From positions 8,424-72,423 of the forward strand of contig CAYXHP010000150.1 in the NCBI GenBank assembly GCA_964465015.1: a stretch of 64,000 bases of DNA. The letters run 5' to 3'. The translations under genes and the position numbers were made by a program. This DNA comes from an uncultured Gemmatimonadota bacterium (GTDB lineage Bacteria; Gemmatimonadota; Gemmatimonadetes; Palauibacterales; Palauibacteraceae). Below, piece after piece: positions 47,654 to 56,207 of the stretch (its first letter is position 1; each line of letters opens with the position of its first letter). The notes beneath the pieces are model-generated. The model searched no databases. It was not told the origin of the DNA and saw only the letters and a program-made list of their open reading frames with translations.

Positions 47654-48820
47654 TCACCAGCCCTCGAGCGGTCCACCGTCGAACCAGTCCCACAGCACGT
47701 AGACCAGGAGCTGGGCGCTCCTCCCCTCCCGTTCGTTGAGGGGGAGGAGCACGCCGATGTTGGCCATGACGTGCTGACGGCGGCTGAGCGTCACCTGCAT
47801 CTGCGGCACCAGATCCCAGAGGGCCGGCTCGCCGGCCGCGAACTCCCGCTTGCCCAGCAGCTCGACCATCGGGGACCAGGCGCGTCCCCAGCGCCCCTCC
47901 ACGAAAGTCCGGCCCACCGCCACGCGCCAGAATCCCTCGTCGGCCCCGGGGCCGGTGGGAAGCTCCAGGCCGAACTGGGCGTGCAGGAAGCCATCTCCGG
48001 GCAGGAGCTGACCCAGGCTCGCGAATGGCTCGAACACGGTCGAACCCTTGCCGAATCCCTCGGACGGGTCGCCCGTGGGGAGGACGGCTTCCGCCGTGAG
48101 GCTGGCGATGGTGCCGCTGGCGTGACTGTGGAAGAGGTCGCGCTTGACGCCCACGGCCACGTCGCCCAACCCACCCTTCCAGTCCACCACGGGCGTGCCC
48201 CCCCGGTCGACGGTCCTCTGCAGGAAGCCGAACGGAACCGCGACCTCGATCTGGTTCCTGGCTCCGATCCGGTGCTCGTAGACGACCTCGTTCATCACCG
48301 CGCCCGAGCCCTCGACGTCCAGCGTCGTGCTCCACACGAGCTCGTCCTCCGGGTACGCCTTCTCCGTCACCAGGGGCCGGGGGAGGTTGAGCTCTCCTCG
48401 CGGCCACGCGTCGTCGCCACAGAACGCGCGCAGGCGCTCCACCGCCGCCTCGACCTGGCGATCGGACAGGAGATCGCCGAACGCCGGCATCATGCGGGCG
48501 AAGCCGCGCGCGGGACCTCCCTCGTGGATGATGGCCATCCAGTCGGAGTCCGGCTCGCGGCTGGCGAAATTGCAGTCCGTGAAGTCCGGGAGCGGCGTGT
48601 CGAAGCCGACCCGCGACTTCGGGGCGCCCCGGCCGTCCACGCCGTGGCAGTTGGCGCACGCGGTTCGAAACACATCGGCGGGGTGGACCAGCCCATCCAG
48701 GAGGCGGGGACCGTCCGTGTCCGCCTCCTGTCCGCGCAGGCCCGTCGGCAGCATCCCGGCCGTCAGGAGCAGGGAGATGCAGAGGAGGGTGCCGCGCCGC
48801 GTGTTGTCGGGCATCCGCAT
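47654..48820 (-). CDS. Monohaem cytochrome c domain fused to a putative outer-membrane beta-barrel
   Basis: Signal peptide LLCISLLLTAGMLPTGLRGQ. A single CANCH with a downstream MMPAFG (candidate Met ligand). Then ~270 aa of alternating-pattern, Gly/aromatic-rich sequence ending ...DGGPLEGW (aromatic C-terminus like an OMP beta-signal). Confidence 0.75.
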   Translation of the reverse strand: MRMPDNTRRGTLLCISLLLTAGMLPTGLRGQEADTDGPRLLDGLVHPADVFRTACANCHGVDGRGAPKSRVGFDTPLPDFTDCNFASREPDSDWMAIIHEGGPARGFARMMPAFGDLLSDRQVEAAVERLRAFCGDDAWPRGELNLPRPLVTEKAYPEDELVWSTTLDVEGSGAVMNEVVYEHRIGARNQIEVAVPFGFLQRTVDRGGTPVVDWKGGLGDVAVGVKRDLFHSHASGTIASLTAEAVLPTGDPSEGFGKGSTVFEPFASLGQLLPGDGFLHAQFGLELPTGPGADEGFWRVAVGRTFVEGRWGRAWSPMVELLGKREFAAGEPALWDLVPQMQVTLSRRQHVMANIGVLLPLNEREGRSAQLLVYVLWDWFDGGPLEGW

Positions 48821-49067
48821 CGGAAGCTCCTGGTCCGTGAGCGGGCATACGCCACCCGCGAGCGCGGGAGCGGGAGTGGGTCGACAGCGGACAGCAGCGT
48901 GGCTCGATGATCAGATTAGGCAGGACGAGAGCGCCGCACTATCGGAGAAAGCGCTTGAGTCCGCGTGGGAGAATCCCCGACCCGGCCATGCGGCGCCCCT
49001 CCCGCCGAGGACGACGACGGCGCCCATCACCGATGTCCCGCGCGAGGACGCACCGGAGTCGAGCGAC

Positions 49068-49110
49068 GGGGGGCGCGGCCTCCGGCTGCCACCCGGAGGC
49101 CGCGCCCCCC
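49068..49110 (-). terminator. Perfect 18-bp GC stem-loop downstream of the pcm-fusion gene
   Basis: GGGGGGCGCGGCCTCCGG-ctgccac-CCGGAGGCCGCGCCCCCC, 15 nt beyond the stop at 49125. No U-tract. Confidence 0.55.
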
Positions 49111-49124
49111 GCCGACCCGACCGG

Positions 49125-51140
49125 TCAGACGCCGAACGGATAGGTCTCGGGCATCCCCCGGATGTCGGGACCACTGAGCGGGCGCACGGCGCTCGTGCGG
49201 TCGAACCACACGTATTCGTCGAACTGGCGTGGAAGTACGGCCTGGAAGTAGTGGCTGGCGACCTCGGTCTCGGGCCGGTACAGGACGCCGATGGCCCGCT
49301 CGAGCCGGGGCACCGCGAGCTCGCTCCGGACCTCCGGCCGAACGGGCTCCCTGAGATGGAGGAGTCCGGCCTCGATGCAGGCATCGTGGAAGAGGCGCTC
49401 GTAGCTCTCCGGATGAGCGGGCCGGACGTCTTTGACCTCCATGGGTCCGTCCCACTCCGACGCCGCCGCCACGGTGCCCGAGTCCGTCCCGAAGCCCACC
49501 AGGTACGCCTGGTCGCCGAAGCGCTCGCGACACAGCTGGCCCACGTTGAACTCGCCCCTCACGCCCATCTCGGTGGCGCTGGCATCCCCTATGTGGGAGT
49601 TGTGCTCCCACACCACCGCCTTCGACTCCGCGCCCCGGAAGGCGAGCAGCGTGGACAGGGTGTCGAACATGTGCCGATCCCGGAGATTCCACGACTCGAC
49701 CGAGCCGTAGTACATCACCCGGTAGTATCGCTCCGCGTTCGCGACCAGGCGCGCGTTCTGCACCGCGTCCAGGAACAGCTCGCCGTCTCGCCGGGCGTAG
49801 TCGATCCTCCGCTCCAGGAGCTCGCGGAGGATCTCGACCACTTCGGACTCGCATGTCCGGTAGCTGCCCGTGAGCGCGGCGCGCCCGTACACCGCCGGGT
49901 CCCGTTCCCACGGCGTCAGGCACCCGTAGCGGATCCGGGCCACCCGCGCGGAGTCCGGGTCCACGCGGTCCAGGTACTCGAGGACCGCCTCGATGGAGCG
50001 GAACAGGCTGTAGAGGTCCAGCCCGTGAAAACTCACCCGATCTTCCGCATTGCGACTCTCGTTCCAGCCCCGCAGCCACTCCACGAAGTCCCGGACGTCG
50101 TGGTTCCTCCACATCCAGGTCGGGAAGCGGGAGAAGGCGGTCCACTCGGGAGGCGGCGTCTCACGCAGCCGCGCGTAGTGGTCGATCTTCGCGGCGTCCG
50201 GCCAGTCCGCCTCGACGGCCACCAGGCGAAAGCCCTTCCGCTCGACGAGCTCGCGGGTGATCCGGGCACGCATGCGGTAGAATTCGGAGGTCCCGTGCGT
50301 CGCCTCGCCCAGGAGGACCACGCGGGCGTCGCCCACCCGCTCGACCAGCGAGCCGAGCTCGACCTCCGAGATCTCCTCGATGGGCACCGTCGTCTCCCGG
50401 AGGAGCCGCAGCACCGGCTCCCCGGCGCCCGGGTGCGCGGGGGCCGCGACCACGGATGCCGGGGCGGTGCCCTCGAGCTCCTCGAGGCCGCCTTCGGCCC
50501 AGCCGGCCTGGCCGACCAGCGGCACGAAGCGCACGGACTCCATGGTCCCCGTCTCGAACCGGTCCTCGCCCCGGCGGACCACGCGCACCAGCCGCTGCGA
50601 GCGCAGGGTCTCGCCGACCGGGACCACCAACGCCGCCCCGTCGGCGAGCTGCTCGAGGAGGGGTCGCGGGATCTCCGGACCGCCGGCGGCGACCGCGATC
50701 CCGCCGTAGGGCGCATGCTCGGGCCACCCCAGCGAACCGTCCCCGTGGCGCACCTCGATGTTGTCGTAGCCCAGCCGGGCGAACAGCTCGCGGGCCGCGT
50801 CGGCCAGCGCCTCGTGCCGCTCGATCGTATACACGCGCGAGGCGATCCGGCTGAGAACGGCCGCTGCGTAGCCCGAGCCCGTCCCCACGTCCAGCACGCT
50901 CTCGCCGCCCTCGAGGCCCAGGGCCTCGAGCATGCGCGCCACGATGTACGGCTGGGAGATGGTCTGTCCCTCGCCGATCGGGAGCGGCGCGTCCTCGTAG
51001 GCGAACTCCCGGAGCTCCGGGGCGATGAAAGCCTCCCGGGGGACCCGGCTCATGGCCTCCAGGACCCGGGTGTCGCGAATCCCGCGTCCCCGGAGGTCCC
51101 GCTCCACCATGCGGGTGCGCCGCGCCTCGAGGCTCGTCAT
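49125..51140 (-). CDS. Protein-L-isoaspartate O-methyltransferase fused to an erythromycin-esterase-like (EreA/ChaN-superfamily) domain
   Basis: GGAGGGAG RBS before ATG 51140. Pcm motifs GQTISQPYIVA and VLDVGTGSGY. C-terminal half has LLGEATHGTSEFY, WPDAAKID and WEHNSHIGD. Confidence 0.82.
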   Translation of the reverse strand: MTSLEARRTRMVERDLRGRGIRDTRVLEAMSRVPREAFIAPELREFAYEDAPLPIGEGQTISQPYIVARMLEALGLEGGESVLDVGTGSGYAAAVLSRIASRVYTIERHEALADAARELFARLGYDNIEVRHGDGSLGWPEHAPYGGIAVAAGGPEIPRPLLEQLADGAALVVPVGETLRSQRLVRVVRRGEDRFETGTMESVRFVPLVGQAGWAEGGLEELEGTAPASVVAAPAHPGAGEPVLRLLRETTVPIEEISEVELGSLVERVGDARVVLLGEATHGTSEFYRMRARITRELVERKGFRLVAVEADWPDAAKIDHYARLRETPPPEWTAFSRFPTWMWRNHDVRDFVEWLRGWNESRNAEDRVSFHGLDLYSLFRSIEAVLEYLDRVDPDSARVARIRYGCLTPWERDPAVYGRAALTGSYRTCESEVVEILRELLERRIDYARRDGELFLDAVQNARLVANAERYYRVMYYGSVESWNLRDRHMFDTLSTLLAFRGAESKAVVWEHNSHIGDASATEMGVRGEFNVGQLCRERFGDQAYLVGFGTDSGTVAAASEWDGPMEVKDVRPAHPESYERLFHDACIEAGLLHLREPVRPEVRSELAVPRLERAIGVLYRPETEVASHYFQAVLPRQFDEYVWFDRTSAVRPLSGPDIRGMPETYPFGV

Positions 51141-51577
51141 GATGCTCCCTCCGCGCGACGTGTCCGGCCGGACTCCGCCGATGGACCGGGGCCGGGCCGC
51201 CCGGCCCCGCGGGTCCTTGCCAGATCGCTGGTCCTCCACGGCCAGTGACCGTTCACCTCGACCTCGAGAGCGAAGCTCAGCATGGTCCGAACGAGGACGA
51301 TCAGGGCCAGGACCCCCAGGTTCCGAAACGTCGGCTCGATGGCCACCGTGCCCACGATGTCGGCTGCGAGCAGGAATTCGAGCCCGAGGAGGATGGCCCT
51401 CCCCAGGTCGACCCGGTACTGCTGGTAGGCCACCGGCCCCGTCGCCCGGGCGAGCACGGAGCGCACGAAGAACACCGTGGCGGTCAGCGCTCCCACGGCG
51501 ATGATGAGCGTCCCCGTGGCCTCCATTCCCCGGGCCGTCCAGCGCAGCAGGCTGCTGAACACCGTAGCATAGCTCAT
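51137..51577 (-). CDS. DUF1622 membrane protein
   Basis: GGGGAGGTG RBS before ATG 51577. LGLEFLLAADIVGTV signature. The stop overlaps the pcm-fusion ATG (ATGA). Confidence 0.75.
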   Translation of the reverse strand: MSYATVFSSLLRWTARGMEATGTLIIAVGALTATVFFVRSVLARATGPVAYQQYRVDLGRAILLGLEFLLAADIVGTVAIEPTFRNLGVLALIVLVRTMLSFALEVEVNGHWPWRTSDLARTRGAGRPGPGPSAESGRTRRAEGAS

Positions 51578-51764
51578 GTGCACACCTCCCCGGTGTACGG
51601 ATGGAAAGTGCGCAGCCCGAAGGGGCCCGTCTGTCGGGCGGACGTTCTTTCGTGCGGTGGGGAGATCTCCGCGCATCACGCTGACGGTGGCGGAGATGGA
51701 GGCGGGTTCGGTCGCCGCGGACCGGCGCGCCGTGAGGTGACCCGGGAAACCCGGAGGCGAGCAC

Positions 51765-52439
51765 ATGCCCAGACCCGACGACTTCTGGAGCCGACCCGAG
51801 CAGGTGGAGCGATTCGCGGGCCGGGACCCGGACGGCCGGCTGGTCGCACTGGTCGAGGAGCTCGGTGAGCCGTCCGTGACGCGGGTGCTCGACCTGGGCT
51901 GCGCGGCCGGCCGGAACACCGTGTTCCTCGCCGGGAAGGGCTTCGACGTGCTGGCCCTGGACGCCTCGGAGCCGATGGTGGAGCGGACTCGGGAGCGGGT
52001 GGCGGAAGCAGCGGGCCGCGCCGAGGCCACCCGGCGCGTCCGGGTTGGCCACATGGATGACCTGGGGGCGTACGAAAGCGCCGCGTTCGAGCTGGTGGTG
52101 GCGCTCGGGATCCTCCACCAGGCCACCTCCGAGACGGAATGGGATCGCACCCTCTCCGAGGTCACGCGCGTACTGGCGCCGGGCGGGCTCCTCCTGGTGG
52201 CCAGCTTCGCCCCCGGGACCGACCTCCGCGGCGAGGGCGCGCACGCGATCCCGGGCGAACCCCGGGTATGGGAGATGGGAGGGGTCGGACGACTCTATCT
52301 GCTGGAGGCCGAAGCGCTGGACCGTGTCATGCGGGAGCGCGGCTTCGAGCCCGAGGAGCCCTCGCGCACGGTCACGGTCGACATGGACCCGGGCCGGCGT
52401 GTGGTCGTGAACGCGTTGTACCGGAAAGCCGCATCCTGA
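51765..52439 (+). CDS. Class I SAM-dependent methyltransferase
   Basis: VLDLGCAAGRNTVFLAGKGFDVLALDASEPMV and LAPGGLLLV. Confidence 0.8.
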   Translation: MPRPDDFWSRPEQVERFAGRDPDGRLVALVEELGEPSVTRVLDLGCAAGRNTVFLAGKGFDVLALDASEPMVERTRERVAEAAGRAEATRRVRVGHMDDLGAYESAAFELVVALGILHQATSETEWDRTLSEVTRVLAPGGLLLVASFAPGTDLRGEGAHAIPGEPRVWEMGGVGRLYLLEAEALDRVMRERGFEPEEPSRTVTVDMDPGRRVVVNALYRKAAS

Positions 52440-52505
52440 CCGACGCGGCGTGCCCCGTCCCCGGCCGGGCGGGAGCCCACCGGGCGGCGCCTTCGTGCGC
52501 GCTCG

Positions 52506-55064
52506 CTAGTGGGCGAACCAGTAGGAGATCTTCACCAGGAAGGTGTCGCTCGCCCGCTGGTCGAACAGGTGCCCGAAGTCTCCCCCGAAGCCCCGACTTC
52601 CCTCCAGGTCGGCGGACGCGCCGCGACCCTCGCTCCAGACCAGGAACAAGGTCGAGCCGGGTCGATACTCCCAGCGAAAGACCACGTTCGACCGGAACTG
52701 CTGGAAGTTGAATCCTCCCGGATCGCCGGCCACGGACGGGTCTCCGTAGGGCCGGTACCGGTCCGCGTACGAGGCCGCTCTCGGCGTCGCCGAGAGTTCG
52801 CGCACGTCGCTGTAGCTTCCCTTGGACACGAACGGCGAGGCGTACACCTGCAGGGTGGCGGTGGGGGAGAACGTGTAGTCCAGGCGCCACGTGAGGCTCA
52901 ACTCCTTCTGCTCCAGGTGCGCGAACGTGTAGTGGAGGCCCCCGAGCGAGTCGGTGAATGTCCCGTAGAACTGGTGGTCGTCGTGGTTACGGGTGTAGCC
53001 GGCGCTCAGGGACGTGGTGAGTCGGCTGCTCACCTTGAGGTCCACCTCCGGCGAGAGGTTGATGCGACTCGAGCGTCCTCCGTCCCGCCGCGAATAGTTG
53101 ACCCACAAGTAGGGCACGAGCGCGTGGCGATCATCGCCGCTGATGCCGCCCCACGGGGCGAAGTACGGGTCCTGCCGCACCGCCGGACCACCCCTGGCGC
53201 AGCGATCGCAGTAGGTGGTTCCGAGCTGGCCCAGCGTTCCGCCCAGATGCAGCCACCAGCGGTTGTTGAATTGCGTGTGAACGTTGGTGTTGAACGCCAG
53301 CTCGGTCGGGAGCCCCGCCAGGCTCCAGTACTCCCAGTTGTTGAAGTTCCACTGCAGCGACTGGAAGACGGCGTTCGGCGTCCGGAAGTGCAGGGCCGCC
53401 CACGTGGTCCACTCCTGCTGGTCGGCCTGTTGCAGGAACCCGATATCGTTGATCTCGAAGCCCGGGGTCCGCCGCTGGTAGGCGGTCTCGAAGCTGAGCG
53501 TCTTCCCTCCCACCTTGGCGAAGCGCAGCTCGAGATTGGACCCGCTCAGCGACGTGCGGGTGGAGTCGAAGGTGAGGGGTCCGTCGGGGCGCTGGTACAG
53601 GTGCACGGCGGTCCGCTGCGTGCGGGCGATGGCGGCCTCCGTGCCGGCCACCCGGCTGACGTCGAGCCTCCCCGAGACCTCGAATCGTCCGGCGAAGCGT
53701 CGCCGCGCATCCAGCCCCGCGGAGTACGCGCTGCGGTGCAGGTAGGGCGCGCTCGTGGAGTCCAGCCACCGGTTCACCGCCGTCACGATGAAGCCCAGGC
53801 TCCCGTTCCCTCCGTCGTAGTCCTGGTTCCCCCGGATCACCGCGTAGTTCGCGGCGGGCTCGAGCGTGGTGCCGCCCGGGCCGCCGACATGCCGGGTCAC
53901 GGCGTCCAGCGCGCCGATGGAGAGCCCACCCGGGAACCGGCCGGTGAGCTTCCCGGCCCCGAGGATGTCCGTCGACGTAGGCGACGCGTCGTTGCCGTAC
54001 TCGTCGACCAGCTCGGGAGCACGCCCGATACGCCGGGAGTAGAACAGCCCTTCCCCGGTGTTGCAGTCCACCACGACGACGCAGTTCACCGGGAAGTCGA
54101 ACAGACCCTTGGCCTGGACGAAGAAGGGCCGTCGCTCGGAGTAGAAGGTCTCGAACGCGCCCAGGTTGAGGACCGAGGGATCGGCCTCCACCTGCCCGAA
54201 GTCGGGATTCACCGTCGCGTCCAGGCGCAGGTTGGAGGCGATGCGATAGGACAGGTCGCCTCCCACCGTGACCTGCTGGCTCCGGGCGAAGCCCGAGGAG
54301 GGCGGTCCCTGCACGTTCTTGGTCACCACGTAGGGAACGACCTCGGCCCGGTCCGGGCTACCCAGTCCGTCGAGGCCGGTGAGCTCCCCGAACTGGGACA
54401 CGAACCCCGACTTCGACGGCCGCCACAGTGGCCAGGTGTCGGTCTCGGTGTGTCGCTCGACGAACCTCCACAGCAGGATCCCGAACGTGTCGTCGCTGGC
54501 GGTCGAGTAGCGGAGCTGCGAGAGGGGGATCCGGTACTCGGCCGTCCACCCCAGTGAGTCCACGGAGGTCGCGACGTCCCAGACGGCGTCCCAGGCGTCG
54601 TCCTCCGTGCCATCGTTGTAGATGGCGCGATCCGCCTTCACGCCGGCCGGATTGACCCAGAACTCGTATCCGGTCCGCCGGTCGTGGTAGGAATCCAGCA
54701 GGACGACGAACTCGTCCGAGGCCGTGATGTCGTCCCTCCGGGAGAGCAATGCGGCGATGCTGTCGGGATGCGGGTCGAACGCGCGCACGAACACGTACAC
54801 GTGGTGCGCGTCGTAGGCCACCCGAGCCTCCGTCCGCATGCTCGGGTCGGCGCCCTCGTCCGGACGCGCCTCGCGGAAACGGGAGATCACCGGCGCCCGA
54901 CTCCAGACCGGGTCGTCGTCCCTTCCGTCGATCACGGGCGCCTGGACCGCTCGGGTCGCCTCGACCGTCGTCGCGGTCGGCGGCCCCGGCGGCGGGGGCG
55001 TCGGCGGAACCTGGAGCGCCAGCGCCAGGCCGAACAGCGTCAACAAGGGAGCCTCCGTTCTCAC
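52506..55064 (-). CDS. Large secreted/outer-membrane protein (CBM9-like N-terminus + DUF5916-like beta-rich body)
   Basis: Signal peptide. VIDGRDDDPVWSRAP...AYDAHHVYVFVRAFD (CBM9-like). About 700 aa of beta-rich sequence ending ...KISYWFAH. Confidence 0.7.
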   Translation of the reverse strand: MRTEAPLLTLFGLALALQVPPTPPPPGPPTATTVEATRAVQAPVIDGRDDDPVWSRAPVISRFREARPDEGADPSMRTEARVAYDAHHVYVFVRAFDPHPDSIAALLSRRDDITASDEFVVLLDSYHDRRTGYEFWVNPAGVKADRAIYNDGTEDDAWDAVWDVATSVDSLGWTAEYRIPLSQLRYSTASDDTFGILLWRFVERHTETDTWPLWRPSKSGFVSQFGELTGLDGLGSPDRAEVVPYVVTKNVQGPPSSGFARSQQVTVGGDLSYRIASNLRLDATVNPDFGQVEADPSVLNLGAFETFYSERRPFFVQAKGLFDFPVNCVVVVDCNTGEGLFYSRRIGRAPELVDEYGNDASPTSTDILGAGKLTGRFPGGLSIGALDAVTRHVGGPGGTTLEPAANYAVIRGNQDYDGGNGSLGFIVTAVNRWLDSTSAPYLHRSAYSAGLDARRRFAGRFEVSGRLDVSRVAGTEAAIARTQRTAVHLYQRPDGPLTFDSTRTSLSGSNLELRFAKVGGKTLSFETAYQRRTPGFEINDIGFLQQADQQEWTTWAALHFRTPNAVFQSLQWNFNNWEYWSLAGLPTELAFNTNVHTQFNNRWWLHLGGTLGQLGTTYCDRCARGGPAVRQDPYFAPWGGISGDDRHALVPYLWVNYSRRDGGRSSRINLSPEVDLKVSSRLTTSLSAGYTRNHDDHQFYGTFTDSLGGLHYTFAHLEQKELSLTWRLDYTFSPTATLQVYASPFVSKGSYSDVRELSATPRAASYADRYRPYGDPSVAGDPGGFNFQQFRSNVVFRWEYRPGSTLFLVWSEGRGASADLEGSRGFGGDFGHLFDQRASDTFLVKISYWFAH

Positions 55065-55330
55065 GGGTTCTCCTCTTGGACTCCATCAGCGCCTGGATGG
55101 TTGGGAGAGGAAATCCCTACACGCCCGCCCGGGCGACCGCGACTTCCCTACGGCCCCGGCTCCGGGGAGACGACACCCCCGGCGGGGTTTCTCCCCACAC
55201 GGGTGGCGTGGAGACTCCTTACAGACACCCCCGGAGGCCGGGACCATTCTAAGGGTCACGGAGGTTCCCGCTGGCCGCTGGTCGCGCACTCCGTCGCGAT
55301 CCGGGCGGTCGGCCCATCCGGAGGGCTGCC

Positions 55331-55636
55331 ATGGCCAGGGTGCTCGCTTACTGCGCCGGCTGCGATTCTGAGGTCGAGGTCGACGTGCCGGCCACGGAGG
55401 CCGCCTCGCTCACGTCGGACCTGGTGCATTGCCCCCACGATGAGGTGTGTCGGCCCCGAGACTGCTTCCTGGCCCGCATCCCCGAGGATCGATGGCGTGA
55501 CTACCTGGAGTTCCTCCCGGGGGAGGCAGGGTCCGAGCGCGCCCGAGGTCTCGAAGAGTCGGAGCGGCTGGTGGAGATGAGCCGGCGCGCCTCACTGGCG
55601 CGCGAGATTCGCCGGTGGATCCTGTGGTGGCGGTAG
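55331..55636 (+). CDS. Small Cys-rich protein, paralog A (putative zinc-ribbon)
   Basis: GGAGGG RBS. MARVLAYCAGCDSEVEVDVP...VHCPHDEVCRPRDCFLARIPEDRWRDYL. Shares its Cys pattern with the convergent neighbour. Confidence 0.6.
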   Translation: MARVLAYCAGCDSEVEVDVPATEAASLTSDLVHCPHDEVCRPRDCFLARIPEDRWRDYLEFLPGEAGSERARGLEESERLVEMSRRASLAREIRRWILWWR

Positions 55637-55658
55637 CCGGTTCAGCGTCCGGCGGGGC

Positions 55659-55681
55659 CCCTCCCGCCGCCCGCGGGAGGG
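55659..55681. terminator. Stem-loop between the convergent small genes
   Basis: CCCTCCCGC-cgccc-GCGGGAGGG, a 9-bp perfect stem, in the 62-nt gap between the two stops. Confidence 0.45.
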
Positions 55682-55698
55682 ATCGGTGGGTGGTGGGT

Positions 55699-55932
55699 TC
55701 AGGAGCCCGCGGAGCCGCGGGCGCTCCCGGTGCGCTGGAGCAGGTCGCGCATCTCCGAGGTGGGCACCTCGAACAGCGGGCACAGGGCCCCGGTGCACTC
55801 CTCTCCGTAGTCCAGACACACGACGGCCGACTCCGAGGCCTCCGCGGGCCGTACATCTTTCGGGAATTCGGAGATCGGGATCACGCGCACGGGACGATCA
55901 CACGCCGAGCAGTAGGCTCTGTACATCCTCAT
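55699..55932 (-). CDS. Small Cys-rich protein, paralog B (putative zinc-ribbon)
   Basis: ATG 55932 (MRMYRAYCSACDRPVRVIP...VVCLDYGEECTGALCPLFEVPTSEMRDLL). GAGGG lies upstream. Divergent from korA. Confidence 0.55.
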   Translation of the reverse strand: MRMYRAYCSACDRPVRVIPISEFPKDVRPAEASESAVVCLDYGEECTGALCPLFEVPTSEMRDLLQRTGSARGSAGS

Positions 55933-56207
55933 GGGGGGACCCTCGCATGGAGCTTCCTGCCTCCGGCGAGCCGGTGCGACCCGCCTCGGACGTCCGTCCC
56001 GGCAGCGGGCGAAGGAACGCGCCGCCGGTCCGGTAGGGCAAGCTATGCGGGGCGCGAGGAGACCGGCCAGCCGGGAATCTCCCCCGGGCCGGTCGGGAGC
56101 TTCGCGCACGACGGTGTGGGGAATCCTCCCATGGCCGGCCGCTCCCGTCCTCTCCCGGAACCCGATGCCGCTACCCGGATCCACAGTCATCCGAACAGGA
56201 ACGACGC

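Noticed and set aside
47654-48820. Calling the cytochrome-barrel fusion a Cyc2 iron oxidase.
   Set aside because: Only the architecture is comparable. The cytochrome domain is larger, and I cannot establish sequence homology or barrel strand number by eye. It is therefore reported as a candidate conduit and not annotated as cyc2.
51141-52244. 368-codon in-frame extension upstream of the Pcm-fusion start.
   Set aside because: A strong GGAGGGAG RBS and the canonical Pcm N-terminus begin at ATG 51140. The upstream stretch overlaps the well-supported DUF1622 gene (different frame) and the methyltransferase gene (opposite strand).
56072-56129. Imperfect direct repeat GGGAATCTCCC / GGGGAATCCTCCC in the korA upstream region.
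   Set aside because: It is short and imperfect (one indel). It has no dyad symmetry beyond 4 bp and no recognisable promoter geometry. It could be a chance match.
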